A stretch of 57,281 bases of DNA from an uncultured Actinomycetes bacterium. Its GTDB lineage: Bacteria; Actinomycetota; Actinomycetes; S36-B12; GCA-2699445. Numbering within the stretch: position 1 is the stretch's first letter; each line of letters starts with the position of its first letter. Where the stretch lies: assembly GCA_964631645.1 (NCBI GenBank), contig CAZVYU010000002.1, positions 1 through 57,281 of the forward strand, given 5' to 3'. The position numbers and the translations under genes were made by a program. This document shows, piece by piece, positions 10,061 through 18,505 of this stretch. Below the pieces are notes generated by a model that had not been told where the DNA came from, did not search any database, and saw nothing but the letters and a program-made list of their open reading frames with translations.

Positions 10061-10102
10061 TTGATCGTGCGTTATCCACAGATCGCGCGTCGACCCGGAG
10101 AC

Positions 10103-10124
10103 TGTCGGACCCCCGACCTACAGT
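10103..10124 (+). promoter_or_regulatory. Candidate LexA-independent (RecA-NDp / PafBC-type) promoter motif
   Basis: TGTCGG at 10103-10108 is followed 10 nt later by TACAGT at 10119-10124. The remembered consensus is tTGTCRgtg-N8-TAnnnT, which has an 11-nt gap, so spacing is off by one and the gtg is absent. Confidence 0.3.
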
Positions 10125-10228
10125 GCCTGCATCAGTGACCGAGCAACCAGACCCCGGAACCCAGACCCCGGAAGACCCAAGAAGACCCCATAAGCCCCAG
10201 AAACCCAAGAACGCAGGGAGCACACATC

Positions 10229-11359
10229 ATGGCCGCATCCAATGGCAGAACGGCTGACAAGGCCGCCGAAAAGGCTGCCGAGAAGGCCCAGTCCGAGCGC
10301 GAGAAGGCCCTCGACAGTGCGTTGGCACAGATCGAACGGCAGTTCGGCCGTGGCTCCATCATGCGGCTCGGGGAAGAGAGCCGGGCGCCCATCGAGGTCA
10401 TCCCGACCGGTGCGATCGCGTTGGACGTGGCGCTGGGAATCGGCGGTCTGCCGCGTGGCCGAATCGTGGAGATCTACGGACCAGAGAGCTCGGGTAAGAC
10501 CACCGTGGCGTTGCATGCGATCGCGAGTGTGCAGAAACAGGGCGGGATCGCGGCGTTCATCGATGCTGAGCACGCCCTCGACCCGATCTATGCCGGCCGA
10601 CTCGGCGTCGATCTGGACAGCTTGTACGTCTCCCAACCCGACACGGGCGAGCAGGCGTTGGAGATCACCGACACTTTGGTGCGATCCGGTGCGATCGACC
10701 TCATCGTCATCGACTCCGTGGCAGCACTTGTCCCTCGGGCCGAGATCGAGGGGGAGATGGGCGACTCCCACGTCGGGTTGCAGGCCCGGCTCATGAGTCA
10801 GGCGCTGCGGAAGATGGCGGGGGCACTGAGCAACTCCCACACCACGGCCATCTTCATCAACCAGCTGCGCGAAAAGATCGGGGTCATGTTCGGCTCACCG
10901 GAGACGACCACGGGCGGTCGCGCGTTGAAGTTCTACTCGTCGGTGCGGTTGGACGTGCGCCGGATCGAGACGCTGAAGGGGGGCACGGAGGCCGTCGGTA
11001 ACCGCACCCGGGTGAAGGTCGTGAAGAACAAGGTGGCGCCGCCGTTCAAGCAGGCCGAGTTCGACATCCTCTACGGCGAGGGGATCTCCCGCGAGGGCAG
11101 CCTGATCGACCTGGGGGTCGACAACAACATCGTTCGTAAATCGGGCGCCTGGTACACCTACGAAGGGGACCAACTGGGTCAGGGAAAGGAGAACTCGCGA
11201 GCGTTCCTGCGCGACAACCCTGATCTGGCCGACGAGATCGAGAAGCGGATCAAAGAGACCCTGGGGATCATCCCGCGCCTCGATGCCCCGGCGGATGAGA
11301 TCGACCTCGCCGACACCCCGATCGACGAACTGCTACCCCCGTCCCCGATCGACCTATGA
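10229..11359 (+). CDS. recA: Recombinase RecA
   Basis: Walker A is [16 protein letters not shown]. Also present are [49 protein letters not shown] and the [28 protein letters not shown] block. GGGAG lies about 10 nt upstream of the ATG. Confidence 0.97.
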   Translation: MAASNGRTADKAAEKAAEKAQSEREKALDSALAQIERQFGRGSIMRLGEESRAPIEVIPTGAIALDVALGIGGLPRGRIVEIYGPESSGKTTVALHAIASVQKQGGIAAFIDAEHALDPIYAGRLGVDLDSLYVSQPDTGEQALEITDTLVRSGAIDLIVIDSVAALVPRAEIEGEMGDSHVGLQARLMSQALRKMAGALSNSHTTAIFINQLREKIGVMFGSPETTTGGRALKFYSSVRLDVRRIETLKGGTEAVGNRTRVKVVKNKVAPPFKQAEFDILYGEGISREGSLIDLGVDNNIVRKSGAWYTYEGDQLGQGKENSRAFLRDNPDLADEIEKRIKETLGIIPRLDAPADEIDLADTPIDELLPPSPIDL

Positions 11360-11859
11360 CCCAGACCCGGACCCAGCCGGTGGACAACCCGGAGGCGTTG
11401 GCCCGAACCATCGTGCTGCGCCGGCTCACGGCATCGGCTCGGACCCGGGCTCAGTTGGCCCAGTCGTTGGCGGACAAAGAGATCCCCGACGACGTCGCCG
11501 AATCGGTGCTCGACCGGTTCACCGATTTGGGGCTCATCGACGACGCCGACTACGCGGCCGCCTTCGCCGACAGTCGACGTACTCGCAGCGGGTGGAGCCG
11601 CCGCGCGATCGCCGCCAAACTGCGAGAGCGCGGAGTCGACCGAGAACTCATCGACGGGGTCCTGGCGACAGTCGGACCCGACGACGAGTTCGCGTCCGCG
11701 TTGGCACTGGGGCGCCGCAAGTGGGCGCAAGGATCAGTGCCGGACGATACGCGCCGCCGCCGGCTCGTGGCGATGTTGGCGCGCCGTGGCTACCGCCACG
11801 AGATCGTCAGTTCGGTGCTCGCGACGCTGGAACGCGAGGGATCTGAGGCCGCAGAGTGA
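11356..11859 (+). CDS. recX: Recombination regulator RecX
   Basis: ATG 11356 overlaps the recA stop (ATGA). RecX helical repeats are present ([23 protein letters not shown]..., [28 protein letters not shown]). Confidence 0.88.
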   Translation: MTQTRTQPVDNPEALARTIVLRRLTASARTRAQLAQSLADKEIPDDVAESVLDRFTDLGLIDDADYAAAFADSRRTRSGWSRRAIAAKLRERGVDRELIDGVLATVGPDDEFASALALGRRKWAQGSVPDDTRRRRLVAMLARRGYRHEIVSSVLATLEREGSEAAE

Positions 11860-12482
11860 CCGCCGAGACGGCCTGGCAGCCCCTGCTGTGGCCGGTCGCC
11901 GAAGGCGGACCCTTCGCGCCCTGGCCCTCGACAGCACGCCGGCACCTGGCGCACGGCGCATGGATCGATCAGGTTCCTGGCTGGCTGACCGATGCCGACG
12001 ACCTCTTCGCAGAACTGCGGACCTCGATGCCCTGGCGAGCGGACGAGCGCCGCATGTACGACTCGGTGGTGTCGGTGCCCCGACTGACCGCCTGGTTCAG
12101 TGACGCCGGGCGCTCCCGGAACGCCGGAGTGGTCCGATGCCGGGACGAACTCAACCGGCAGTACCCCGGTGACGACCCGTTCGTGTCGGCGGGGATGTGT
12201 CTGTATCGCGACGGCTCCGACAGTGTGGCCTGGCACGGCGACCGGATCGGTCGGGGGCGCACCGACGACACCATGGTGGCCGTCCTGTCGCTGGGCAGCG
12301 CTCGAACCTTCATGCTTCGACCGCGGGGCGGTGGCACATCGATCCGGCTGACCGTAGGACACGGCGACCTGGTGGTCATGGGCGGCTCGTGCCAGCGGAC
12401 CTGGGATCACGCTGTTCCCAAGACCGGGCAGCACGTGGGGCCCCGGATCAGCGTCCAGTATCGCTCCCGCGGGGTCGCGTGA
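11856..12482 (+). CDS. alkB: Alpha-ketoglutarate/Fe(II)-dependent dioxygenase AlkB-like (alkylation repair)
   Basis: GTG 11856 overlaps the recX stop (GTGA). The 2OG-Fe(II) core reads LYRDGSDSVAWHGD ... VLSLGSARTFMLR ... GHGDLVVMGG. CQRTWDHAVPK follows the core. Confidence 0.78.
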   Translation: MTAETAWQPLLWPVAEGGPFAPWPSTARRHLAHGAWIDQVPGWLTDADDLFAELRTSMPWRADERRMYDSVVSVPRLTAWFSDAGRSRNAGVVRCRDELNRQYPGDDPFVSAGMCLYRDGSDSVAWHGDRIGRGRTDDTMVAVLSLGSARTFMLRPRGGGTSIRLTVGHGDLVVMGGSCQRTWDHAVPKTGQHVGPRISVQYRSRGVA

Positions 12483-12533
12483 CCCGGTGCGCCTGACCCG
12501 GTGAAGGGACCCACGCGGCACTAGGCTCGGCAA

Positions 12534-13202
12534 GTGCACGTCTACCTGATGCGGCATGGCCAGAGCCACGTCAACCTCGCGGACCTGACCGCCACCCACC
12601 GCGACGAACCGTTGACCGACATCGGGCGCGCTCAGGCCGAACATGCCGCCGAGTACGTGGCACGCGTGATCCGACCCACCCAGATCTACTGCAGCACCGT
12701 GGCCCGGGCGGCAGAGACGGCCGAGGCGGTGGCGGGCGCCTGCGACCTGCCGGCGGTCGGTGACGACCGGTTGCGCGAGATCGGGACCGCCTACCCCGAT
12801 GGCCGTCCCGTCCCCGACGCGGAACTCATGCCCTACGTGCCGGACATGTGGGGAACGCTGCGCCCCTACGAGCCGGTGACCGACGGGGGAGAGTCGTGGA
12901 TGCAGTTTCGGTCCCGCGTGGGGTCCTTTGTGGAACACCTGGTCCCGGCCCGGGATCGTTTCGGCGATCGGGAGGTCGCCGCCGAGTTGGAGAACCAGAA
13001 GGTGCTCGTGGTCTGCCATGCCGGGGTCATCGAAGCGGTGTTCGAGTACGTGTTCGAGAAGGGTCCCTGGAGTGTTGTCGCGGTGCATACCCAGCACACC
13101 GGCATCTCCCACCTGCAGTACCGTCCGATGCCGTACCTGCCCGACTGGTGGCTGCACTCCCACAACCGCATCACGCACCTGCCCGAGGAACTGGTGACGT
13201 GA
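12534..13202 (+). CDS. Histidine phosphatase (phosphoglycerate mutase) family protein
   Basis: The N-terminal catalytic motif is YLMRHGQSHVN. Downstream are ...STVARAAETAE... and VVCHAGVI. The start is GTG. Confidence 0.8.
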   Translation: MHVYLMRHGQSHVNLADLTATHRDEPLTDIGRAQAEHAAEYVARVIRPTQIYCSTVARAAETAEAVAGACDLPAVGDDRLREIGTAYPDGRPVPDAELMPYVPDMWGTLRPYEPVTDGGESWMQFRSRVGSFVEHLVPARDRFGDREVAAELENQKVLVVCHAGVIEAVFEYVFEKGPWSVVAVHTQHTGISHLQYRPMPYLPDWWLHSHNRITHLPEELVT

Positions 13203-14122
13203 GTACCAACAGTCACGAGATCGCGGACCTCTCCAAGTACGGAGTTCTGTCGCTGGTCACCGGGTTCGCGGTGCTGGCGCTGAAGTTGGGCGCCTGGTGG
13301 GTGACCGGCTCCGTGGGTCTGCTGTCCGATGCACTGGAGTCCCTGGTCAATATCGCCGCGGCAGCGGTCGCCATCGTGGCCCTGCGCACGGCCAGTCGCC
13401 CGCCCGACTCGGAGCATCAGTTCGGCCATGGCAAAGCCGAGTACTTCTCCGCACTGGTGGAAGGGGCGATGATCGTCGTGGCGGCCACGATGATCGTCAT
13501 CTCGGCGGTGGAGCGCCTCCTGAACCCGCAGCCGTTGTCGGAAGTGGGCCTGGGCTTGGCGATCTCGGTTCTGGCGTCCATCCTGAACGCGGTCGTGGCC
13601 TTCGTTCTGTACCGCGTCGGCACCGAGCACGGCTCACTGGCCCTCATCGCCGACTCCCATCACCTGGTCACCGATCTGTGGACGACCGGAGGCGTACTGG
13701 TGGGTGTCGTCGTCGTTGCCGTCACCGGGTGGGAGCGGCTGGACCCGATCATCGCCCTGGCGGTGGCGGCCAACATCATCTTCGTCGGAGTCCGGCTGCT
13801 GCGCCGCTCGACCGCCGGGCTGATGGACACGGCATTGCCCGCCGACGAAGTGATGACGATCCGCGGTGTGCTGCACGGGTTCCAGGGCCCGGAGGTCACC
13901 ATCCACGGGCTCCAGACCCGAAGTGCGGGACGGCAGCGATTCGTGTCGATGCACGTGCTCGTACCGGGAGCCTGGTCGGTGGAGCGGGGCCACGACCTGT
14001 GCGACGCGATCGAGACCGAGGTCCAAGGGTCCCTGCCCGGAACGGTGTGTCTCACCCATTTGGAGCCGCTGGAGGACCCGCGCGCCTGGGAGGATCTGCA
14101 CGATGGCCACCAAGATGTCTGA
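13199..14122 (+). CDS. Cation diffusion facilitator (CDF) family metal efflux transporter
   Basis: GTG 13199 overlaps the upstream stop. TM2 reads [40 protein letters not shown] and a C-terminal cytoplasmic domain are present. The track ORF's upstream extension to 12848 is an out-of-frame overlap with the previous gene. Confidence 0.85.
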   Translation: MSTNSHEIADLSKYGVLSLVTGFAVLALKLGAWWVTGSVGLLSDALESLVNIAAAAVAIVALRTASRPPDSEHQFGHGKAEYFSALVEGAMIVVAATMIVISAVERLLNPQPLSEVGLGLAISVLASILNAVVAFVLYRVGTEHGSLALIADSHHLVTDLWTTGGVLVGVVVVAVTGWERLDPIIALAVAANIIFVGVRLLRRSTAGLMDTALPADEVMTIRGVLHGFQGPEVTIHGLQTRSAGRQRFVSMHVLVPGAWSVERGHDLCDAIETEVQGSLPGTVCLTHLEPLEDPRAWEDLHDGHQDV

Positions 14123-17100
14123 CCCACGCCGCCCTGATGACCAGGCGCACGACTGGTACCGAGACGCGGTGATCTATCAACTGCACGTGCGTTCGTTCGC
14201 TGACGGCAACGGCGACGGGATCGGCGACTTCTCGGGACTCACCGCCCATCTGGATCACATCCAGGACCTGGGGGCGACCGCGGTCTGGCTGCTGCCCTTC
14301 TACCCGTCGCCCCTCCGTGACGGCGGATACGACATCGCCGACTACACGGGTATCAACCCCGACTACGGGACGATGCGCGACTTCCGCCGGTTCATCAAGG
14401 AGGCGCACAACCGGGGTCTGCGCGTGATCACCGAGGTCGTGATCAACCACACCAGCGACCAGCACGTGTGGTTCCAGCGGTCCCGACAGGCCAAACCCGG
14501 CAACAAGTGGCGCGACTTCTACGTGTGGAGCGACACCGACACCGGGTACGCCGACGCGCGCATCATCTTCACGGACTTCGAGACGTCCAACTGGACCTGG
14601 GACCCGGTGGCCGGCGCCTACTTCTGGCATCGGTTCTACTCGCACCAGCCCGACCTCAATTTCGACAACCCGGATGTCCACGAGGCGGTCCTGTCTGTGG
14701 TCGACTTCTGGCTCGGCCTGGGGGTGGACGGGTTGCGCTTGGACGCGGTGCCCTACCTGTACGAGCGGGAGGGCACGACGTGCGAGAACCTTCCCGAGAC
14801 CCACGAGTTCCTCAAGAAGCTCCGAGCCCATGTCGACGATCGGTTCCCGGGTCGCATGCTGCTGGCCGAGGCGAACCAGTGGCCCGAGGACACCCGCGAC
14901 TACTTCGGCGACGGCGACGAATGTCACATGGCCTTCAACTTCCCCGTCATGCCGCGCATGTACATGGCCGTGCAGATGGAAGACCGGTTCCCGTTGGTGG
15001 ACATCCTGCAGCAGACCCCGGAGATCCCCGAGACCGCCCAGTGGGCACTCTTCCTGCGCAACCACGACGAGCTCACCCTCGAGATGGTCACCGACGAAGA
15101 GCGCGACTACATGTACCGCGTCTATGCCGCCGACAACCGGGCCCGGATCAACGTCGGCATCCGACGGCGGCTCGCCCCGCTGCTGCACAACGACCGCCGC
15201 AAGATCGAACTGCTCAACGGGTTGTTGTTGTCACTGCCGGGGACCCCGATCATCTACTACGGCGACGAGATCGGGATGGGCGACAACATCTATCTCGGTG
15301 ACCGTGACGGCGTGCGGACCCCGATGCAGTGGACCGCCGACCGCAACGCCGGTTTCTCCACCGCCAATCCGCAACAGTTGTTCCTGCCGGTCAACATCGA
15401 TCCGGAGTACCGCTACGAGTCGGTGAACGTCGCCTCGCAGCAGAGCAATCCGAACTCGTTGCTCCTGTGGATGCGCCGTCTCATCACCCTGCGCCAGCAG
15501 TACGCCGTCTTCGGCAGTGGCGAGTTGGAGTTCCTTCTCCCGGACAACCCCAAGGTCCTGTGTTACCTGAGGTCTGACGGCGAGACCACGATCCTGATCG
15601 TCGCCAACCTGAGCCGGTTCTCGCAGTACGTCGAACTCGATCTGGCAGCGCACAAGGGCCGGATCCCGGTGGAGCTGCTCGGTGGGACCGAGTTCCCGCC
15701 CATCGGTGAGTTGCCGTATCTGCTGACGCTGGGTCCGCACGCGTTCTACTGGTTCGAGTTGGAACATGCCTTCGACACGGTGTCCGACGGGGATCTGCTC
15801 CCCGTCGTCAGCACCAGTGCCACCTGGGGGACCTTGTTCGACAAGCGGTCGCGCGCCGGCATCGAGGCGGTCCTGCCCGGCGTCCTGGCCCAACGGCGGT
15901 GGTTCGGGGGCAAAGGGCGCCGCATCACGGGTCTGGCGATCCGCCAGAGCGTCAATCTTCCGCTGGGAACGGTGCGGGACTATGCCCGCATCCTTCTGGT
16001 CGAGGTCACTTACGCCGACGGCGAGCCGGAGACGTACGTCCTGCCGGTCACGTTCCTGCCCGAGCCCTATGTGGAGCAGTACCTGGCCGAACATCCCGGC
16101 GCCGGCTTGGTGCGACTGACCGCGCGCGGTGACAAGGGACTCAACGGCATCCTCTGCGATGCCATGAACGAAGAACTGTTCACGCAGCGACTGCTCACGC
16201 TCATGACGTCGCGCAAGCGCTATCGCGATCGCACCACGGAGGTGCGTGGGATCGCCACCCGCCACATGCACAGGGCGATGCGCGGCGCGCATGGCCAGGA
16301 TTTGTGGCCCACGCTGCATCGTGGCGAGCAGAGCAACTCCACTGTGTTCTTCGGTGACCGACTGGTGCTCAAGCTCTATCGCCGGTCCGAAGAAGGGGTC
16401 AACCCCGACTGGGAGTTGAGCCGGTTCCTCACGGAGAAGGCCGGGTTCGAGCACACCCCGCGGGCGCTGGGCACGATCGAAGCGCGTGATCGTTCGGGCG
16501 GAGTGCGCAGCCTGGCGGTGGCCCACGAGTTGATCCCGAATGAGGGGGATGCCTGGCGCTATTTCCTGCATCAGTTGTCCGGCTACTTCGAGCGGTTGCC
16601 GTCCATCGGGCGGCGGCGGCTGCGGCGTGAGCCGTTCGCCAATCCGTTGGCCCTGACCGAGGCGACTCCGCCCGCCCTGGCCGAGGAACTCTTCGGACCG
16701 CTGTTGCAGAACGCCGAGCTGCTCGGCACCAGGACCGCCGAGATGCACTTGGCGCTGGCCAGCGACACGGTCGACCCTGCCCTGCGTCCGGAACCGTTCG
16801 ATCCGCACTACCAACGCTCCCTGTACCAGTCGATCCGCAACCAGGTGCGCCAGTCCATCTCGCTGCTGCGGACTCGCCTGGACAGCCTGAGCAACGGCGA
16901 TCGGGCGCTGGCCCGCGAACTGATCGACCGGGAGTCGGAACTTTTCACGGTCCTCGACGACATCAAGCGGCTGCGCATCAGCGGGCTGCGGATGCGCATC
17001 CACGGGGACTACCACCTGGGCCAGGTCCTGTTCACGGGCAAGGACTTCGCGATCATCGACTACGAAGGGGAGCCGACGAAGGCCATCAGTGCCCGGCGTA

Positions 17101-17447
17101 TCAAACGATCACCGTTGCGCGATGTCGCCGGCATGGTGCGCTCCCTGGACTACGCGGGCTTCTCCGCTCAGCGGGAGTACGTGGAACGATTCAACCTTCG
17201 GCGTTCCGCTGCGGATCTCGCGGCACTGGGAGCCCAGTTCTGGGTGGGCTGGGTGAGCCAACGGTTCTTGTCCGCGTACACCAGCCAGGTGGGGGGAGAC
17301 CTCCTGGTCGAGGACGATGAATCGACCCAGATCCTGCTTCGGGCCTTCGTGCTGGAGAAGGCCGGCTACGAACTGGCCTACGAGATCAACAACCGGCCGG
17401 ACTGGGTGGGCATCGCCCTGCACAGCATGGTCGAGCTGCTGCCCTGA
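14103..17447 (+). CDS. treS: Bifunctional trehalose synthase / maltokinase (TreS-Mak/Pep2 fusion)
   Basis: The N-terminal GH13 TreS part reads [36 protein letters not shown] and [13 protein letters not shown]. The C-terminal roughly 450 aa are maltokinase-like (LVLKLYRR..., [26 protein letters not shown]). The start is ATG 14103 or 14115. Confidence 0.88.
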   Translation: MATKMSDPRRPDDQAHDWYRDAVIYQLHVRSFADGNGDGIGDFSGLTAHLDHIQDLGATAVWLLPFYPSPLRDGGYDIADYTGINPDYGTMRDFRRFIKEAHNRGLRVITEVVINHTSDQHVWFQRSRQAKPGNKWRDFYVWSDTDTGYADARIIFTDFETSNWTWDPVAGAYFWHRFYSHQPDLNFDNPDVHEAVLSVVDFWLGLGVDGLRLDAVPYLYEREGTTCENLPETHEFLKKLRAHVDDRFPGRMLLAEANQWPEDTRDYFGDGDECHMAFNFPVMPRMYMAVQMEDRFPLVDILQQTPEIPETAQWALFLRNHDELTLEMVTDEERDYMYRVYAADNRARINVGIRRRLAPLLHNDRRKIELLNGLLLSLPGTPIIYYGDEIGMGDNIYLGDRDGVRTPMQWTADRNAGFSTANPQQLFLPVNIDPEYRYESVNVASQQSNPNSLLLWMRRLITLRQQYAVFGSGELEFLLPDNPKVLCYLRSDGETTILIVANLSRFSQYVELDLAAHKGRIPVELLGGTEFPPIGELPYLLTLGPHAFYWFELEHAFDTVSDGDLLPVVSTSATWGTLFDKRSRAGIEAVLPGVLAQRRWFGGKGRRITGLAIRQSVNLPLGTVRDYARILLVEVTYADGEPETYVLPVTFLPEPYVEQYLAEHPGAGLVRLTARGDKGLNGILCDAMNEELFTQRLLTLMTSRKRYRDRTTEVRGIATRHMHRAMRGAHGQDLWPTLHRGEQSNSTVFFGDRLVLKLYRRSEEGVNPDWELSRFLTEKAGFEHTPRALGTIEARDRSGGVRSLAVAHELIPNEGDAWRYFLHQLSGYFERLPSIGRRRLRREPFANPLALTEATPPALAEELFGPLLQNAELLGTRTAEMHLALASDTVDPALRPEPFDPHYQRSLYQSIRNQVRQSISLLRTRLDSLSNGDRALARELIDRESELFTVLDDIKRLRISGLRMRIHGDYHLGQVLFTGKDFAIIDYEGEPTKAISARRIKRSPLRDVAGMVRSLDYAGFSAQREYVERFNLRRSAADLAALGAQFWVGWVSQRFLSAYTSQVGGDLLVEDDESTQILLRAFVLEKAGYELAYEINNRPDWVGIALHSMVELLP

Positions 17448-17824
17448 TGGACCGGCCCTCGACGAGCGGGGTGGCGGCGGCCGCCGCTGACATCGCGGTC
17501 GTGGTGATCTTCGTCGTGATCGGGCGCGGCTCGCACGACGAGAACAACGCGCTGCTCGGTGTCATCGCTACGGCAGCACCGTTCCTGCTGGCGCTCCTTG
17601 CCTCCTGGCTCCTGGTGACCCGGCTGGGTGGTGACCCGGTGTCGGTGGGCTCCGGAGTGGCGCTCTGGCTCGGGACGTGGGCCGGAGGTCTTCTGCTGCG
17701 CTGGCTGTTGTTCCACGGGGGAGTGGCCCCCGGATTCATCGCGGTTGCGGGCGCGTTCCTGTTCGTGGGGCTCGTGGGGTGGCGCGGCATCGCGCGCCTG
17801 GCGCGAAACAGGCCCGAGAATTGA
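17447..17824 (+). CDS. DUF3054-like small integral membrane protein
   Basis: The 125-aa product has 4 predicted TM helices and the string VIGRGSHDE. The ATG overlaps the treS-mak stop (TGATG). Confidence 0.5.
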   Translation: MDRPSTSGVAAAAADIAVVVIFVVIGRGSHDENNALLGVIATAAPFLLALLASWLLVTRLGGDPVSVGSGVALWLGTWAGGLLLRWLLFHGGVAPGFIAVAGAFLFVGLVGWRGIARLARNRPEN

Positions 17825-17825
17825 C

Positions 17826-17860
17826 GAAGCACCCGGCGGCCTGAGCCGTCCGGGTGCTTC
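17826..17860. terminator. Bidirectional stem-loop between convergent genes
   Basis: GAAGCACCCGG pairs with CCGGGTGCTTC as an 11-bp perfect stem, with inner CGGC/GCCG pairing. It sits between the DUF3054 gene (+) and the RRM gene (-). Confidence 0.6.
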
Positions 17861-17878
17861 GCAGTCAGAGGGTTCGGC

Positions 17879-18313
17879 TCAGTAGCCGCGGTCCCCGTAG
17901 TTGCCGCTGCCACGGCCACCGCCGTAGCCGCCGCGACCGCCGCCGCCGTAGCCGCCGCCACCGCCGCGGTTTCCGCCGCCGCCGTAGCCGCCACCGCCGC
18001 GGTTTCCGCCGCCGTAGCCGCCGCCACCGCCGCCGCGGTAGCCGCCGCCACCGCCGCCGCGGTCTTCGCGGGGACGTGCTTCGTTCACGACGATGTTGCG
18101 GCCATCGAGGTCAGCCTCGTTGAGGCCCTCGATCGCAGCCTGTGCTTCCGCGTCAGTGGCCATCTCGACGAAGCCGAAGCCCCGCGAACGACCCGTGTCG
18201 CGATCAGTCAGAACACGTGCGGACTGCACGGTCCCGAATTCGGAAAAGGCCTGCTCCAGGGCGTCATCGCCCACGGAGTACGCCAGGTTGCCAACAAACA
18301 GTCTGTTCCCCAC
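17879..18313 (-). CDS. Glycine-rich RNA-binding protein with a single RRM domain
   Basis: RNP2 is LFVGNL and RNP1 is RGFGFVEM. A C-terminal tail of about 60 aa is RGG/YGG-rich. GAAGGAG lies upstream of the start. Confidence 0.85.
   Translation of the reverse strand: MGNRLFVGNLAYSVGDDALEQAFSEFGTVQSARVLTDRDTGRSRGFGFVEMATDAEAQAAIEGLNEADLDGRNIVVNEARPREDRGGGGGGYRGGGGGGYGGGNRGGGGYGGGGNRGGGGGYGGGGRGGYGGGRGSGNYGDRGY
17882..18058 (-). repeat. Low-complexity GGC/GCC-rich coding repeat (Gly/Tyr/Arg tail of the RRM protein)
   Basis: The nucleotide units gccgccgccgtagccgcc recur and encode GGGGYGGG blocks. This repeat also generates the spurious Ala-rich and Arg-rich ORFs in the other frames. Confidence 0.85.
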
Positions 18314-18505
18314 GGGGAAACTCCTTCATCTCGGTACTACCGCCGAAAGGAACTTCCCAGAACACACTCGGCCGTTCGGCCGCTGTCGACCGTGCGCCCA
18401 GTATCACAGCCTTGGGACGGTGCGGCAAACGTCGGGGCGAAAAACTTGGCATGACGGGTGGGGGTGACGCGCAATCAAGGGCGGGATTTGCCAGGGTGGG
18501 GGTGA

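Noticed and set aside
13866-14102. Long N-terminal extensions occur in track ORFs, for example 13866 for treS, 39898 for the SDR, 41137..42942 for the amidohydrolase, 35835..37196 for corA, 53337 for the S2P and 50033 for the HAD.
   Set aside because: The extensions overlap neighbouring genes, are Arg/Pro-rich and precede the conserved N-termini. Downstream starts with an RBS or stop-start coupling fit better.
17386-18051. A 221-aa Ala/Thr-rich ORF (AAATAAAVAAATAAETAAV...) and an Arg-rich ORF at 17854..18123 overlap the RRM gene tail.
   Set aside because: They are alternative-frame readings of the GGC/GCC repeat that encodes the glycine-rich tail. Only the RRM frame has a domain, an RBS and a sensible start.
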